Source of the DNA: Mobula hypostoma
Taxonomy: Eukaryota
Assembly (NCBI RefSeq): GCF_963921235.1
Contig: NC_086097.1
Span: forward strand, 220,412,001 to 220,476,000
Reading direction: 5' to 3'
Length of the DNA stretch: 64,000 nt
In this document: positions 52,040 through 64,000 of the stretch, piece after piece
How positions within the stretch are numbered: the first letter of the stretch is position 1
Layout: the number at the start of each line of letters is the position of its first letter
Position numbers and translations under genes: made by a program
The notes under the pieces: generated by a model
Seen by the model: only the letters and a program-made list of their open reading frames with translations
Told to the model about the DNA's origin: nothing
The model's database searches: none

Positions 52040-52445
52040 CAGGGGCATTTCACCAGGATGTTGCCTAGATTGGAGTACTTTAGTTATGGGGAGAGACTGG
52101 ACAAACTGGGCTTGTTTTCTTCTGGAGTGAAGGAGGCTGACAGCTGATTTGAAAAAGGCTTACAAAATTGTGAAAGGCATAGATAACGTAAGGTCAAAAT
52201 CTTTTTCCAATGGTAGAGGTCAGAAACAAAAGGGCTTATATTTAAAATAGAAAGAAATGGTTTTTAAAGGAGTCTGTGATCTTTTAAAGAAAGCACAGAG
52301 TGGTTGATCCAACAGAAATTATTCCGTTTGGGCAGAAAGTTATATTGGTAAAACAAAGAACGACATGGTCCTAAATGAATTTTGTTTAGTTGGGCAAAAG
52401 GACCCACATGGACACAATGGGCTGAAGGGTCTGTACAATTCTAAG
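52040..52445 (+). mobile_element. CR1 3' end remnant
   Basis: FTRMLPRLEYFSYGERLDKLGLF-like remnant. Confidence 0.7.
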
Positions 52446-53787
52446 TTACTGTTCAGGCTGCGTAAAAGGCCTTTGAAACAAGGCATTTGAAGTTTTTTTT
52501 ATATCTGAAACTCAGTGCTATTTAGAATCTATTCAAAAAGTTATAAATGGTGTTTACAACAAGATAGATTAAAAATATAAGTACCCTAGAGAACAAACAA
52601 ATAACATTAACATAAAATATTCCTCCACTTAATTTCTTTCCCACAGATTACCAGGGCCATGTTATTGAAGGGGACTGCTGTCTAAGCCAGTGGGAATAGA
52701 AACCAAGTACAGGGACTGATACAACAGCACCTGCGCTTCAGTTCCCATCGTAAGGCCCTTCAGTGGTGAGATCTGCGATGGTGCAGGTCAGTTCCACTGG
52801 AATCCAACCTCCAGAGAAGGTTAAGTACAAGCTCATTCAACCATGCATGAATACCCATGAATACAGCCAAACGAAACAGCATAACTGAGCATGTGCAGGA
52901 GTGAGAGCAGCCGATTCAGCCACAACGCCGTCAGTACAGCAACAAGCATTCCTTACGCCTACTGATAAACTTCTTCAATTGATTAATACAACATCTATAA
53001 CAAAAACAAATAAATTATCCTGCAAGGCCTACTTAAATTCAAATAAATGAGACCTGCACTTAAAAAAAATACAACAGTCACGAAGCAAATTAGTTTGTTC
53101 TTCTATTTTCTTGTGTGATTCAATTTGTTGTAGACCTGAGATGGCCTAGATTTAATTCTCAAGGTGGACTGAGTTACCTCACCTTAAAATAAGCAACTAA
53201 CACACATCACAATAAATGACCCAAAATGCCATTTGGCCCATCTAGATTCTTCCAGCCAGAAAGATTTTCTGCCTACTCATGCCCATTGGTTGATTGATGT
53301 TATGTCATGTTTAAATCTAGAGAAGATTAGGTGTTCTATTTCTATACCTAGACAAGATTTCTTCACATTATAGGGACCTTTTTGGAACTAATTTCACAAT
53401 TTTCCATTTGGTCAGCAATGATGATGGCTATTATATGTTTGAATTCATTGCTATATGTCAGAGTCCCTTTTCTTTTAACCGAACAGCTGTTTTTTTTTCT
53501 CTTATTTTCTGTTTTGTTATGGGGTTTTGATTTTGCTTTAGATTAGAATAAAATATACCTTTTCAATATTATGGTTAATTTACTACACATAGTTATGGGG
53601 CATTTCAATCTTGTTTCTGTTTCCATAATATCATAATGTACTTTGTATTCGTCTATGTAAGTAATTAATAAAAATATTAAATAAGAAAGAAAGATTTCAA
53701 TGGGGACATATCGCTTAAAAAATGAAACAATGATTACCAAATAAATTCACATTTTAACACAAAAGCATATAAACAAAATGCACTCAC

Positions 53788-55078
53788 CTGTTCTGATGGC
53801 TCAAAGTTCATCTCCTTCTCAGACTTGATTGCCGGTTTAGTGCTCATGCAGGGATCCAACTTGCTATCCATTCGCTCGGGTTTAGGTTTAATATTATGCA
53901 TACTTGTGTCGTCCTTGTCCAGTAGGTATCGAAGTAGTGCATTTTCTTTCCTCTTGGGGCTCATTTGCTCCTGCTTGATTGTTATTTCTCCACCGGTAAT
54001 TGAACCGCCAACGTCCTGGTTGTTGTGTTCCTTACCCGTGGCCTCTGCGGTTAGCTTTGCCAAGTCCACGGGAGAAGTGCTGTCCTGCAGGAGCCTGTGC
54101 AAAATTTTGTGTTTTTCTTTCAGCGACGGCCCATGTAATGTAGAGGTGTTGGTTGTGGATGATGTCACTCCTGAAGTAGACAGTAGTCCTAATGAATTGC
54201 CTGGTGACTCTTTAATAGAATCCCCAAGAGTACTTGGCAAAGGGGTCGCCTCCATTTGATCTGACTTGGTGATCAGTAACTGTAAAAGTTTGGTATGTCC
54301 TTTGCTGTCGTGCCCTCTGCCTTGGCCATCAGTCCTCTCTCCACCACCAAACGGATTTAAGTTACCTTCGCCGCTATCTTTCTGTTCCCCAGAAAGTCCG
54401 CTTTCTGACTGGCCGGCTGCAACTTCAGCCGGCACTGGCTCACCAAACAACCCGAAAGAATCTTTGGAGTCCATGCTCCCTTTTTTGGTGAGCGAAGAAC
54501 TGATACTTCCAGGAGAACTCTGTGAAGTCACCATTTTCAGTTCCGGCGATGCCCCATGAGATACCCCATGTCCTTCACTGAGGGCTTGAAGTGCGTTAAG
54601 GGAGCTGCTGGAGTAGCTATGGCTACTCCCTGTGCTGCTACAAACCCCGACTGGAGAATGCAAGTTTCCTACAGGAGAAAACTGATTAGCTGAGATGCGG
54701 GGGCTTCCAACCATCCCAGGACTTCCACGATGTCTGGGAGAAAGCATGGAGTTCTGTTGCCCAGCAGTCACACCTGGACTACTCCGCGATGGGCTGCTCA
54801 TTTTGAGTGCATAGTTACTACCCTGAGGAGTGGCTGCTTGCATGCTTGATCCATGGTTTATTCCACCTGTAACAAACCTGTTTCCTGGCATCTGTCCCAT
54901 ACCTGTTTGATCCTTCAGGCCATTCATGGCAAAGTTAGAACTGCTGTTCATTGCCATCTCTTGACCTGTGGCTGCAGCCGAAACACTTGCCAGAGCCGGA
55001 CCACTGGAATTTGGATTCAATGGCTTTCCCATTCCTTGTCCAGTTGATTCCTGATTCATCCCACAAACATTTTGCTCT
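53788..55078 (-). CDS. NCOA2: NCOA2 exon w2 (1291 nt), large exon with the Ser/Thr-rich region and NR boxes I-III
   Basis: ORF 53734..55059. Acceptor ctgcag|A GAG CAA (REQNVC), donor CAG|gtgagt. LLQLL at 54274-54288, LHRLL at 54088-54102, LRYLL at 53920-53934. Confidence 0.97.
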
Positions 55079-55234
55079 CTGCAGTTTTAAACAAAACATA
55101 CAGATCACACCACGGCAATTAAAATCAGACGCATACATTTAACCAGCACCGCTGGAGGGGAGGAATGCAGGAATTCTTACAAACGTGGGCACTGGAGACA
55201 GGCTGGCAATGTTCAGTGCACAAGAGGGAGAACG

Positions 55235-55680
55235 GTTGTGGAAGCTTTAGAGAGGGTGCAGAGGAGATTTACCAGGATGCTGCCTGGACTACAGGATATG
55301 TTTTTATTAAGACAGGTCGAGCGAGCCAAGGATTTTCTCTTTAAAGTGAAGGAAGATGAGAGACAACCTGATAGAGCTGAACAAGATGATAACAGGCATA
55401 GATCAAGTGGAAAACTCGAGATAGAAATGGCTACTATAAGGGGGCATAATTTTAAGGTGATTGGGGGGGGGGGGAGAGGAGAACCAGAGTTAAGCTTTTT
55501 ACATAGTGAGGTAGATACATTTGGGGAATTTCAGAAACACTTAGATAGGCACACGGCTGATTGAAAAATGGAGGGCAGTGTAGGAGGGAAGGGTGAAATT
55601 GATCTTAAGGGAAGGGTGAAAGTCGGTACAATATCAAGGGCCAAAGGGCCTGTACTATGCTGCAATATTCTATGTTCTTT
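55235..55680 (+). mobile_element. CR1 3' end remnant
   Basis: ORF 55238..55564 (EALERVQRRFTRMLPGL); tail ttctatgttct. Confidence 0.8.
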
Positions 55681-56811
55681 GTAATGTTGTACAGACATCT
55701 TCCGTTAAAGCTTTGCTGAAGCAGGTCTTGCATTCATTGCAAAGGCTTGCTTCTATGTGAGGGCCCCAAGCCTCAATGTCACATGTAAATTTTTCATGGG
55801 TCATCTTAAGATATGTCAAAGCACCACTGTGTGTGGTGTGCTACTGACTGAGGATATGGAATAAATATTGCAAATTTAAAAAATACACAACATACAGTGA
55901 AGTTCGGTGGTGCTCTATATGCATATGGTGTGTTAATTAACAGAAATTCTTAGACATAGTGACAGGGTTCCATTGTTAATTGTGACTACAAAGCTATGGT
56001 CAGTGTCCACCATCTTGGAAAGTCAGGCAAGATCATTTTCATTTGATACCTGGATCTTCATATCCAGATAGTCTTTCTGGGTTAATGGAACAATCACATA
56101 GTACTTTCTTGCATGAGGCTGCATGTCAATTCAATCCTTGAAGACTAACAATGGAACAAACTCCTGAACAGATGTTGTCTTCTCTCTGTGCAGAGTGTGA
56201 GCACATGGAGATGACAAAAGCCAGTAGAAAACAACCAACTTTGGAGCAGAGTCTCTGCTATGGCTATCAGCACGTTCATAATGCTTCATGGAAAGAGTTT
56301 CAGGGGAAACAGTCTGATCTTGTTTATAACTATCTTCCGTTTAACTGGCTATTTCATATAACTTGTCCCAGGCTGCTGATTTTCATCTGTGCCTCATCTC
56401 AGTGGGACATTTCTCAGTTTCCCTTGCACAAACAGAGAATGCTTATGGAAATACTAACAAAATACCGGATGCCACATGGATATCTAGATTGCCATCCACA
56501 ACTGGCGGCCAGGTTGTAGAAGAAGCATCCAACTACGTGAAAGGGTCTAAGATCAACACCACTGACAATGAAACACTGTGTGAAGTCCAACAAATGTGAT
56601 CTAGACAACCTGCAGTCCATTACTGGGTCAAAGACCTGGTACAGAATCTGAAACACAAAAGGTTGCTGGAAATCCGGAGTAACATACACAAAATCCTGGA
56701 ATAATTCAGCAGGCCAGATAGCAACTGAGGACAGGAATAAAGAGTCGGAGTTTCGGGCTGAGACCCTTCACCAGGACTGGAGAGGAAGAGGAAAGAAGCA
56801 GCTCGTTTCCC

Positions 56812-57413
56812 CCTTTGTAAATGTCCTTAAACAATGGAAGTTCACAACTATAGATGCGTTGGGCTGTCAGCACCACTCTCTGCAGAGTCCTGCGATTAAG
56901 GGAGGCACAGTTCCCATACCAGGCAGTGATGCAGCCAGTCAGGATGCTCTCAATTGTGCCCCTGTAGAAAGTTCTTAGGATCTGGGGGCCCATACCAAAC
57001 TTCCTCAACGATCTGAGGTGAAAGAGGCGCTGTTGTGCCTTTTTCATCACACAGCTGATGTATACAGACCACGTGAGCTCTTCAGTGATATGGATGCCAA
57101 GGAACTTGAAGCTGTTTACCCTCTCAACCCCAGATCCATTGACGTCAATAGGGGTTAGCCCATCTCCATTCCTCCTGTAATCCACTACCAGCTCATTTGC
57201 TTTTGCGACATTGAGGGAGAGGTTGTTTTCTTGACACCACTACATCAGAGAGATGACTTCTTCCCTGTAGGCCATCTCATTATTGTTTGAGATAAAGCCA
57301 ATCAATGTAGTGTCGTTGGCAAATTTAATTAGCAGATAAGAGCTGTGGGTGGTGACACAGTCATGGGTCTAGAGGGAGTAAAGGACGGGGCTTAGTACAC
57401 AGCTCTGAGGGGC
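56812..57413 (-). mobile_element. Rex/Babar internal fragment inserted into a short inverted-ended PLE-derived repeat (about 56660-57465)
   Basis: ORF 56706..57185 (KFLGIHITEELTWS...KKAQQRLFHLR...ESILTGCITAWYG). The flanks ttccccct / ttcccct may be a TSD. The host ends are inverted copies of the PLE terminus. Confidence 0.8.
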
Positions 57414-57588
57414 TTCCCCTCTAAAGAAGCTGCCTGACTGGCTGAGTTCCTCCAGCATTTTATGCATGGTACAAAATCTTTCTATTACTGATACCACATT
57501 CTAATTTGAAGCTTCAGCACATTTGATTTTTGAGGCAAAGCACGAAGTTTTTAGTCAAAAAACCACGAGAAGAAGGTCTGATGCTTAC

Positions 57589-57736
57589 CTTTGAACAACA
57601 TGCCGTGACATGATAAACTGAGGCTCGCTCGCATTTGGAGTGCGCATAAGCCTGCTCCTTGTTTGTGCAGCAACCATGGTGCCATCAGATAAAGAAAACC
57701 GATACACAGGACTCAAAGCCTGACCTTGCCTTAACA
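57589..57736 (-). CDS. NCOA2: NCOA2 exon w1 (148 nt), end of PAS-B: (V)[48 protein letters not shown](R)
   Basis: Translated by hand; not in the ORF track. Acceptor ttgcag|TG, donor AG|gtaagc, phase 1 to 2. Contains the p160 PAS-B motif YRFSLSDGT. Confidence 0.93.
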
Positions 57737-58129
57737 CTGCAATTCAGAGAAATTGAGGAAAAATGATAAATGCTTCCTGAACGCTCTGAGCATCAGATAC
57801 TATACTTAAAAAATTAGAATTTTCACACAGACATGCAGAAGTGCTGGCAGCTCATTCGGGTTTCGTTCAAGTAATGATTCTTTGTGATGGTCAACTCAGC
57901 TACTTTGCAATTGATGCCAATGAAAGGAATGCCTTTTTTCCCAATATATCTATTTGATTCTCTCTTGACTTAGTGCGTAAACAAGCAATATACACCTGGA
58001 GATTTCAGGTTCAATTTCCACTCTTAATAATTTATAAAAACCTTAGCCAGAATAGCAATCATTTCGTTCATAGTTAAAGGTCGGATGGTAGGCTGTAACA
58101 CTGGTGAAAATCAAAAAGGACTGCAAGTG

Positions 58130-59040
58130 ATGGAAGTTTAAAATTAAAACAAAGCAGAAAATTCTGGAATACTCCACAGACCAGGCCACATCTGTGACAG
58201 AGAAGGAGAGTTAATGTTTCAGGTTAAAGATCCTTCATCAGACCTGGAAAAGAGACAACAAAAGCTTGTTAAGCTAACAGGAAGTTAAGGAGGGAGGATT
58301 ACATTCTAATGTACCACAGTGTTCACAATGTAGTCTCTATATTAGAGAAACCAGATGCCAGCTGGGTATTCACCACACAGCACTCCTGCACCCCGTCCAT
58401 AGGGATGACTCTGAACTTTCTGTGGCCTGTTATTTTAATTCTCTGTTCCACTTTCACATTGACCTGCTGGACTGTGACCTATGCAGGTACACCGAGGTCT
58501 AACACAAACTTGAGGGATAGAACCTCATTTTCTGTCTGGCCAGGCTACAGCCTTCTGGACTCAATATTGAATTCTACAACCGTCTGGTATGGAGGGGCCA
58601 CTGCACAGGGTCAGAAAAAGCTGCAAAAATTCGTAAACTCAGCCAGCTCCCTAACGGGCACTGGCCTCCCCAGCATCAAAAAGCAAAGCACCTTCAAAAA
58701 GACAGTGTCCGTCTTTAAACACTCTCATCATCCAGGATATTGCCCTTTGCTCATTGCAATCATTGAGGAGGAGGTATTTGAGCCCGAAGTCACACATTCA
58801 ACATTTCAGTAACAGCTTAATCCCCTCCACCATCATATTTCTGAATGGACAGTGAACCCATGAACATTACCTTACTATTTTTGTCCTCCTCCTTTGCACT
58901 GCCTTTTTAATTTAAATTTTGTCCACACACACAGTGCAATTTATTGCTTTTCTATTACTATGTATCGCAACAATGTACCCCTACCACAAAACAACAAATT
59001 TCACAACATATACCAGTGATATTAAATCCGATTCTGAACA
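58130..59040 (+). mobile_element. Composite of Penelope-like fragments (58130-58580) and a Rex/Babar 3' end (58580-59040)
   Basis: ORF 58309..58812 is chimeric: a PLE-like part followed by TVWYGGATAQGQKKLQKFVNSASS. Confidence 0.65.
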
Positions 59041-59374
59041 TCAGAAAACTTGACTTCTACGTGTATCAGCCGGACATCTCTGATTCTGGCTCAGCATGTC
59101 TGTCTGTTCATGCCTTTTTTTTACCCTTCTGGTATTGGAGGACATGCCCAGCTGACCCGGTTGGCAAGTTTTCTTCTGCACTTCACAATTCTTAAAGTCT
59201 TAAGAATGCTGTCACTGCCCAACAGCTCCTACTCACGCACTGAGCAGATGACATTGTTTAGAACGTATTCCTATGATCACAGCAGTTTTAACCATCTTCC
59301 CCCTAGTTTAACAAGCTTCTTTTATTTCTCTCCCAGTTCTGATGAAGGTCGCTAAGACAACACCCTTCCCATTG

Positions 59375-59496
59375 ATGCAGGCTGACTGGCTGAGTAGAAT
59401 GTCATTGCAGCTCGGGGTTTCAGGGTTCAGAGTTCAGAGTTCAATCCCAGCGTCCTCCATAAGGAGCCTCTGTACATCCACCCCGTGGTATGTGCG
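59375..59496 (+). mobile_element. V-SINE 5' half, interrupted by a hAT transposon
   Basis: B-box-like gagttcaatccc, then taaggagcctctgtacatccaccccgtggtatgtgcg; the sequence continues at 61998. Confidence 0.7.
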
Positions 59497-61997
59497 TAGG
59501 GTTGCCAACTGTCCCGTATTAGCCGGGACATCTCATATATTGGGCTAAACTGGTTTATCCCATACGGGATCGCCCTTGTCCCATATTTGACTGCTACTAC
59601 TCTGTAATCACCAGAGGGCACGCTTACAGACAGATCCTAGATCTGATACAACAGTGTGTGCATGCTGCATGTGCTGTTGACGCCACGCACGAGTGAAGTG
59701 ATTCACCTGTCATCCAATCACAGGCCCCCTTATGCGCATCAGTTGTGTGCTACATATAAAGTATAAAGTATATTTTGCCAATTCCTGCCAAAACAAAAAG
59801 TTTCAGTAATATCTGGTGCTGTTCGGACGGTTTGGCATGTGCCAATACGGATAAACCTCCAAGAAAGGAAAAGGCTGTACAGCTATAACAGGCAATGAGA
59901 AGCAAAAAAGACGTGGGTTAAGCCCGTCAGCGGTGACTCGACGTCGACGAAGGCCTTCTGTACTTTATGCCGTCGGGAATTCTCAATTGGCCATGGAGAT
60001 GAGAATGACCTAACTCAGCATGCTTCCACAGAAGTGCACAAGAAGGCCACACTAGCTGAAGGTGCAAGCAATATTGGTGCATTCTTCCTGAAATCTACCA
60101 CGGAAGATGACAAAATCGCGGCAAGTGAAGCCTCGTATGAGTACCATACGGTTAAACACGGACTCAGCTACAACAGCATCGACTGTCTTGCTAGGCTCAA
60201 CGGCGCTTTGTTTAACGACTCAAATGTTGTGAAGAAGATGCACTTGGGAAGAACGAAAGCTGAGATGATTACAATGAATGTTTTAGGACCAAAGACTGTG
60301 CAGGATATTATGGGTGATCTGTCCCCAACCGAAGAAGGTGAGCCCGCGGACCCCGCGTATTTCTCAGTTGCCGCCGATGCCTCAAACAAGGGAGATAGAA
60401 AAATGTTTCCAGTGTGATGAGATATTTCTCTGAGCCTGATGGAGTGCAGTGTAAGTTACTTGACTTTTATGAAAATAGTGGTGAAACTGCAAATGGCATT
60501 CATCAAGCTCTGATGAGCTGTCTGGAAAAGTATGCCCAGCTCACATAGCACGTAATGCCTGCAAGCACGCCTGCGATCAGTTATCAGTGGATATTGAGAC
60601 AATTGTTCTAAAGGTCTACAGCCACTTCTCAATATCTGCTTCCTGAAGAGAGGAACTGCATTCATTTTTCACCCTTGTTGACACTGAGTGGTGTGAAATT
60701 CTGCATCATGTTTGCACACGATGGCTCTCTCGTCATCCAGCTGTCGAACGTCTCCTGCAAAGCTGGTCAGCTCTTCCGTCATACTTCAGGTCCCTTGAGA
60801 CCTGTCCCATGGCACTGAAGAGGATTTTTGAGGATGAAGAAAAAACTGGAGCTACTGAAATTTATCTGTGCTTTTCCCACAACCTGGGGTGTGTTTTTGA
60901 CCAACTCGTAAAAAAGCTGGAGGAAACAAAACTCTGCATCATAGATGTTTACAAAGAAGTCTGAAAGTTCAAAATGAAGATGCTTCAGACGAAACAGGAC
61001 AGCTTTTTTGGATACCAGACCAAGCAGCTGATGGACAAACAAGTGCCAGCACAAAGGTCCAAGCGGCAACAGGACTTTGTGAAGTTCTATGACTCTGTCA
61101 TTACATACATTGGCAAGTGGTTTGATTTCTCACCAGAAAATGTAATGATGAAACTGAAACTGATTGGCCTCTATGAGGAGCTCTCCTTCACTACGGAGCA
61201 GGTGGTGGCTGCCCTCAAAATGACAGAGACAGTCAATATGGACCAACTCTATGAAGAGTTTTGTGCTAGCTGGGAGAAAATACAGAAAGCCAGACAGGAT
61301 ACCACAAAATCCACCAGTGAGGAGTGGGTGGCAGTTTTCCAAAACACAGGGAAAGCCAACTTGATCCACATGTTCAGGATTGTCTCATTTGTCCTCAGTG
61401 TGCCAGGCTCAAATGTCTTTGTAGAGAGAATCTTCTCTTCGATGACCATTAGATGGTCAGACTCAAGAAACAGATGCAGCACAGAGCTGATCAAAAATGA
61501 ACTTCAGATATCTGTGAGCTGTGACTTGTCATGTAAGGACTTCTCTCCGGCTGTGCAATAGGACAAAGGACTGCTTGAATCAGTCAAGAGCAGCAAGAAA
61601 TATCCATGGAAAAAGTAGACTTGGTGAGTCCCCCCTTCTTTTCCTCTTTTGCAGTAATTATACGTCTACTCTATAGGCACATACACATAGGGTTATTTGG
61701 TGTTATTTCATGTCTGACTGGTAGTCAGATTATGCTCTGTATTATGCTTTGTTATAATTTGGTGTTACATTTCATATATAACACTGAAGATATGTATACA
61801 TGGTTCATATATTGGATTTGTTTACCTATTCAGGGTTGTTGTTTTTCTCTCTCTCTCTTTTTTGAAAAAGGTCCCTGTTACCATCTGCCAGCTTCCAGCC
61901 CCCTCAGTCACTTCATCCCGGGCCTGCACCATACCCAGACCACTGCAGCACGCCACCTTTTGTCCCCTATTTGGGAGTGAGAAAGTTGGCAACCCTA
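59497..61997 (+). mobile_element. Near full-length hAT DNA transposon (Blackjack-like), 2501 bp, transposase pseudogenised
   Basis: 14-bp TIRs TAGGGTTGCCAACT / AGTTGGCAACCCTA. 8-bp TSD tatgtgcg / gatgtgca (6/8 match). BED-like finger AFCTLCRREFSIGHG..DLTQHASTEVH. ORFs 60034..60417 and 60974..61561 include the dimerisation motif SVPGSNVFVERIFS...SRNR. Stops and frameshifts present. Confidence 0.9.
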
Positions 61998-62180
61998 GAT
62001 GTGCAGGTTTTCTCTGGGTGCTCCAGCTTTCCTCTCACAATCCACAGACGTACCACGTAGGTTAACTGGTCACTACAAATTGTCCTGTGATTAGGTTAGG
62101 GTTAAATTGGGGTTGTCGGGCTTGCTGGGCAGTGCAGTTTGAAGGGCCAGAAGGACCTATTTCACACTGCATCATAAAAT
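61998..62180 (+). mobile_element. V-SINE 3' half
   Basis: ggttttctctgggtgctccagctttcctctcacaatccacagacgtacc...tgtcctgtgattaggttaggg matches the SINE at 7163-7450. Confidence 0.8.
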
Positions 62181-62512
62181 TTTGCCAGCAATTTGAGCTG
62201 TAGCACTTGCTAATACAGCATTCAAAAATCAAGGCTCACACAGCAAAATACTAACGATTTCTGGAAAGCATGAATAAAACTGGTCGGAGAAAGCAAGGGC
62301 ATTCCATTTAATAGGGAGTCAAAAAAAATAGGAGTTAGTAAACATTAAAGTAGCTGAAATTAAATTAAAACTTCAAACATAGCAGTCTCATCAGAATTGC
62401 AAAGTTTCAAGCGCACCATTAATCTGTCTAAGTGCTTTAAATATACCGTTGGATTTATAGTACATTACTCGTATTTATTTTAGATTTGAAGCTTGAATTT
62501 TTACTTTACAGT

Positions 62513-64000
62513 AACCATAGAACCATAGAAACTACAGCACAGAAACAGGCCCTTTGGCCCTTCTTGGCTGTGCCGAGCCATTTTCTGCCTAGTCCCACTG
62601 ACCTGCACACGGACCATATCCCTCCATACACCTCCCATCCATGTATCTGTCCAATTTATTCTTAAATGTTAAAAAAGCCGCATTTACCACCTCGTCTGGC
62701 AGCTCATTCCATACTCCCACAACTCTCTGTGTGAAGAAGCCCCCCCCTAATGTTCTCTTTAAACTTTTCCCCCCTCACCCTTAACCCATGTCCTCTGGTT
62801 TTTTTTCTCCCCTTGCTTCAGTGGAAAAAGCCTGCTTGCATTCACTCTATCTATACTCATCATAATTTTATATACCTCTATCAAATCTCCCCTCATTCTT
62901 CTACGCTCCAGGGAATAAAGTCCTAACCTATTCAATCTTTCTCTGTAACTGAGTTTCTCAAGTCCCAGCAACATCCTTGTAAACCTTCTCTGCACTCTTT
63001 CAACCTTATTTATATCCTTCCTGTAATTTGGTGACCAAAACTGAACACAATACTCCAGATTCGGCCTCACCAATGCCTTATACAACCTCATCATAACATT
63101 CCAGCTCTTATACTCAATACTTCGATTAATAAAGGCCAATGTACCAAAAGCTCTCTTTACGACCCTATCTACCTGTGACGACACTTTTAGGGAATTTTGT
63201 ATCTGTATTCCCAGATCCGTCTGTTCCACTGCACTCCTCAGTGCCTTACCATTAACCCTGTATGTTCTACATTGGTTTGTCCTTCCAACGTGCAATACCT
63301 CACACTTGTCAGTATTAAACTCCATCTGCCATTTTTCAGCCCATTTTTCCAGCTGGTCCAAGTCCCTCTGCAGGCTCTGAAAACCTTCCTCACTGTCTAC
63401 TACACCTCCAATCTTTGTATCATCAGCAAACTTGCTGATCCAATTTACCACATTATCATCCAGATCATTGATATAGATGACAAATAACAATGGACCCAGC
63501 GCTGATCCCTGTGGCACACCACTAGTCACAGGCCTCCACTCAGAGAAGCAATCCTCTACCACCACTCTCTGGCTTCTTCCATCGAGCCAATGTCTAATCC
63601 AATTTACCACCTCTCCATGTATACCTAGCGACTGAATTTTCCTAACTAACCTCCCATGCGGGACCTTGTCAAAGGCCTTACTGAAGTCCATGTAGACAAT
63701 ATCCACTGCCTTCCCTTCATCCACTTTCCTGGTAACCTCCTCGAAAAACTCCAACAGATTGGTCAAACATGACCTACCACGCACAAAGCCATGTTGACTC
63801 TCCCTAATAAGCCCCTGTCTATCCAAATGCTTGTAGATTCTGTCTCTTAGTACTCCCTCCAATAACTTACCTACTACTGATGTTAAACTCACCGGCCTAT
63901 AATTTCCCGGATTATTTTTCGATCCTTTTTTAAACAACGGAACAACATGAGCCACTCTCCAATCCTCAGGCACTTCACCCGTAGACAGCGACATTTTAAA
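62513..64000 (-). mobile_element. Very young CR1 LINE with an uninterrupted RT domain; continues beyond the window
   Basis: ORF 62759..63994, 411 aa without stops (PGNYRPVSLTSVVGK, YMDFSKAFDKVPH, GVPQGS, YINDL, SKFADDTK). Tail aaccatagaaccatag. Confidence 0.95.

Larger units (their letters stand above)
6722..57736 (-). other. NCOA2: NCOA2 gene, partial (12 internal coding exons; both ends of the gene not found in the window)
   Basis: The spliced exons give one open frame collinear with vertebrate NCOA2: [82 protein letters not shown]. All introns are GT-AG with compatible phases. Confidence 0.97.

Noticed and set aside
53825..54559. Plus-strand ORFs of 144 and 97 aa
   Set aside because: Antisense shadows of the large NCOA2 exon.
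6722..57736. Assignment to NCOA1 or NCOA3 given the paralog-like segments
   Set aside because: Diagnostic stretches ([52 protein letters not shown]) are NCOA2-type throughout.
59838..61618. hAT transposase as a domesticated ZBED-like gene
   Set aside because: Several in-frame stops and frameshifts, with TIRs and TSD still present.

Overview
Vertebrate nuclear DNA, AT-rich and repeat-dense. The repeat set (CR1, Rex1/Babar, Penelope-like, HE1-type V-SINE, Deu-SINE) suggests a cartilaginous fish, probably a ray; this is an inference. The whole window lies inside one minus-strand gene, nuclear receptor coactivator 2 (NCOA2/SRC-2/TIF2/GRIP1). I mapped 12 consecutive coding exons with GT-AG sites and consistent phases between 57736 and 6722. 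They total 3383 nt (about 1127 codons) and run from the end of PAS-B through the three LxxLL NR boxes, CID/AD1 and the Q-rich region to most of AD2. The 5' exons and the last exon(s) were not found in the window. The introns hold LINE fragments of several ages, SINEs and two hAT DNA transposons with TIRs and TSDs. I found no prokaryotic-type system, CRISPR array or second gene. The main points of interest: (1) a tandem alternative 5' splice site that adds an in-frame 69-aa NCOA1-like segment; (2) two donors apparently shifted downstream relative to human NCOA2; (3) paralog-like features in CID/AD1 and the NR-box linker; (4) nested transposon insertions. Comparisons with human paralogs are from memory and need alignment. 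TE boundaries without a stated TIR, TSD or tail are approximate.
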